Source: Dicyema japonicum (lineage: Eukaryota; Animalia; Dicyemida). From it: 64,000 bases of DNA. Positions 63,401 to 64,000 of the stretch are shown here, one piece after another (the first letter of the stretch is position 1; every line of letters begins with the position of its first letter). The translations under genes were made by a program, and so were the position numbers. The DNA is taken from assembly GCA_011109175.1 (NCBI GenBank), contig RDEW01000016.1, positions 1,113,653 through 1,177,652 on the forward strand, written 5' to 3'. Under the pieces are notes generated by a model. The model worked only from the letters and a program-made list of their open reading frames with translations, was not told the origin of the DNA and did no database searches.

Positions 63401-64000
63401 GGGTTTTTCATTCAAACCGGCTATTTCTACAATCTAAATTCGTCAAATTTCCATAAACATGCTTTTCTTGCTCGTTATAGTTAAACACGCAAATTATGTC
63501 ATCTTTGTGAATCCCCCATCCACGTGGGTTATAACAAACATTCACCAACCCAGTTTCATTCGGTAAAATATGTCCAGTATAACTGTCCAGGGAAAAATTG
63601 CTGCAATTTTACTTCAAAATCAACTTTCCGTCAATAAAAGACAATGAGTAGTTCAATGGCGTGGGGGCGTCATTTCTAATTGAGACAACATCACACGTGG
63701 TTGCTTTGGTAATTTTGAGGGATTTTGGAGATATGCAGTACTTAGGGATGAATGTCTCACTTTTGAAGGGAAATGTATGTCCTCGTACTCCAAGAGAGTA
63801 GTGAGAACACCACGTGGGTTGACGTTCTCGATTATCATCAGTTTGGATATCTGACAGTTTCAAGAAGGCCTCAAACACGTGATTGTATAGTTTGCTCGCA
63901 AAACTCTAAAATCTGATGGTTATTGTACTGGATTGAAGTATATCTGGAAGGAGTGCCGTTTCAGGGGGTAAATGGTCGCATTTTCTGGTTGGATCTCAAA
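60426..64000 (-). CDS. CFAP65: Cilia- and flagella-associated protein 65, 3' part (5' end beyond window)
   Basis: SYPFMQVSDI..KKSLWMIFS, FPRDLKIEPELWAD, RMQDNH, TVSPKSGILLP..FNHLSLGFHKIPLMLKIDKGRE, C-terminal VEDIIREAKNGDFSITRP match my recollection of CFAP65/CCDC108. Confidence 0.85.

Noticed and set aside
1-64000. tRNA, rRNA, snRNA genes, LTR retrotransposons or prokaryotic/viral systems
   Set aside because: None recognised by eye. The integrases are TIR-flanked or lack gag/RT context. tRNAscan-SE or Infernal would be needed to exclude small RNAs formally

Overview
This is AT-rich eukaryotic (metazoan) genomic DNA. Its host genes are split by ultra-short GT-AG introns, mostly 21-29 nt. Together with cadherin, C-type lectin and ciliary genes, that points to a dicyemid-like animal (inference). 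About 1-56 kb is saturated with nested, mostly decayed transposons. Non-LTR retrotransposons present are CRE-, RTE-, R4/Dong- and Ingi/Vingi-like; DNA transposons are hAT, MULE, pogo/Tigger and Ginger. Embedded in this region are a protocadherin-like gene and three paralogs of a 4x C-type-lectin-domain membrane receptor; two look intact, one is frameshifted, and the distal domain is hypervariable. From about 56 kb the window is gene-dense, with TBCD (+) and CFAP65 (-, partial) meeting tail-to-tail. The most striking unexplained signal is a covarying P1-P2-P3-P4 pseudoknot at the 5' end of four different Ingi/Vingi-like LINE copies. It has HDV-ribozyme-like topology but a non-canonical core, and is followed by a conserved TTCC(C)TAYC box; in three copies a 2A-like 'stop-go' peptide then precedes the endonuclease. 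Also notable is a Ginger transposon integrase carrying host-sized micro-introns. All alignments, splicing and folding were done by eye, and boundaries of decayed elements are approximate.
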